Assembly (NCBI GenBank): GCA_951406725.2
Contig: OX597816.1
Coordinates: 57,722,001-57,786,000, forward strand
Source of the DNA: Octopus vulgaris
Lineage: Eukaryota
DNA length: 64,000 nt
Reading direction: 5' to 3'
In this document: positions 63,502-64,000 of the stretch, in pieces
Position numbering within the stretch: the first letter of the stretch is position 1
Layout of the letters: each line of letters begins with the position of its first letter
The notes under the pieces: generated by a model
The model's input: the letters and a program-made list of their open reading frames with translations, nothing else
Databases searched by the model: none
What the model was told of the DNA's origin: nothing
Made by a program: the position numbers and the translations under genes

Positions 63502-64000
63502 ATGAATGAAAGTCCAGTCGGTGCCAAGGCACCTACCAAATCCAGCTTCTACTACTGTGAGCATTGCAACTTCAGTACCGTGCATTACAGCCGTATGAAC
63601 AGCCATTCCGTTGTGCATTCATCCATGCGGCCTTATCAATGTGAACAGTGCAGCTATGCAGCCAAACGCAAGAGTGACTTAAAGAAACATATAATCTACC
63701 GACACAAGATAGGGTACCTGGGTAAGTCCAACAGTACCCCGAAAGCAGCACCTACCACTGTGTCTTCCACGAGCGCCACCTGCACCACAACACTTTCAGT
63801 CAACAAATCACAACAGTGTACCACAGCTGACAAACCTTTCGTTTATACGCTCCCAGCTGAACAAGTGGCTCCCTCACCACTCAGCATCAATGATGAATCT
63901 AGTGACGTTTCCATCCAGAGCAACCCTGCGCTCGCTACTATAAAGCTGGAGATAAATGACGATGTGGAGATAGTACCAACACATCAGAGTCCGTTTGAGC
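63502..64000 (+). CDS. C2H2 zinc-finger protein, 5' coding portion (truncated by window end)
   Basis: Manual translation from ATG 63502: MNESPVGAKAPTKSSFYYCEHCNFSTVHYSRMNSHSVVHSSMRPYQCEQCSYAAKRKSDLKKHIIYRH..., open to 64000, with two C2H2 fingers joined by an HSSMRPY linker. Pyrimidine-rich acceptor ttcccttttccag ends at 63453, and an in-frame TAA lies upstream of the ATG. Confidence 0.85.
   Translation, partial: MNESPVGAKAPTKSSFYYCEHCNFSTVHYSRMNSHSVVHSSMRPYQCEQCSYAAKRKSDLKKHIIYRHKIGYLGKSNSTPKAAPTTVSSTSATCTTTLSVNKSQQCTTADKPFVYTLPAEQVAPSPLSINDESSDVSIQSNPALATIKLEINDDVEIVPTHQSPFE

Overview
Eukaryotic, AT-rich and very repeat-dense animal genomic DNA. The SINE, RTE and microsatellite content suggests a coleoid cephalopod such as Octopus (inference). 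I can support only three host protein-coding regions: two convergent LicD/fukutin-family paralogs with intronless CDSs (753-1583 +, 20216-21031 -) and a C2H2 zinc-finger coding exon that starts at 63502, runs off the window end and is missing from the ORF track. Almost all other ORFs are artefacts of SINEs, microsatellites or decayed retrotransposons. Mobile content includes four SINE-like families in many copies, a decayed R4/Dong-type retrotransposon between (TAA)n tracts with nested pogo/MITE/SINE insertions, RTE fragments, a HERO-like 3' end, Helitron ends, a solo LTR, several MITEs and SINE-seeded minisatellites. The most unusual signal is a set of minimal type-I hammerhead ribozyme motifs of Penelope-like type. 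One sits in a TSD-flanked composite element (44011-44930: inverted terminus, tRNA-like Pol III head, hammerhead tail) whose inverted segment begins exactly at the predicted self-cleavage site. Repeat coordinates were read by eye and are approximate.
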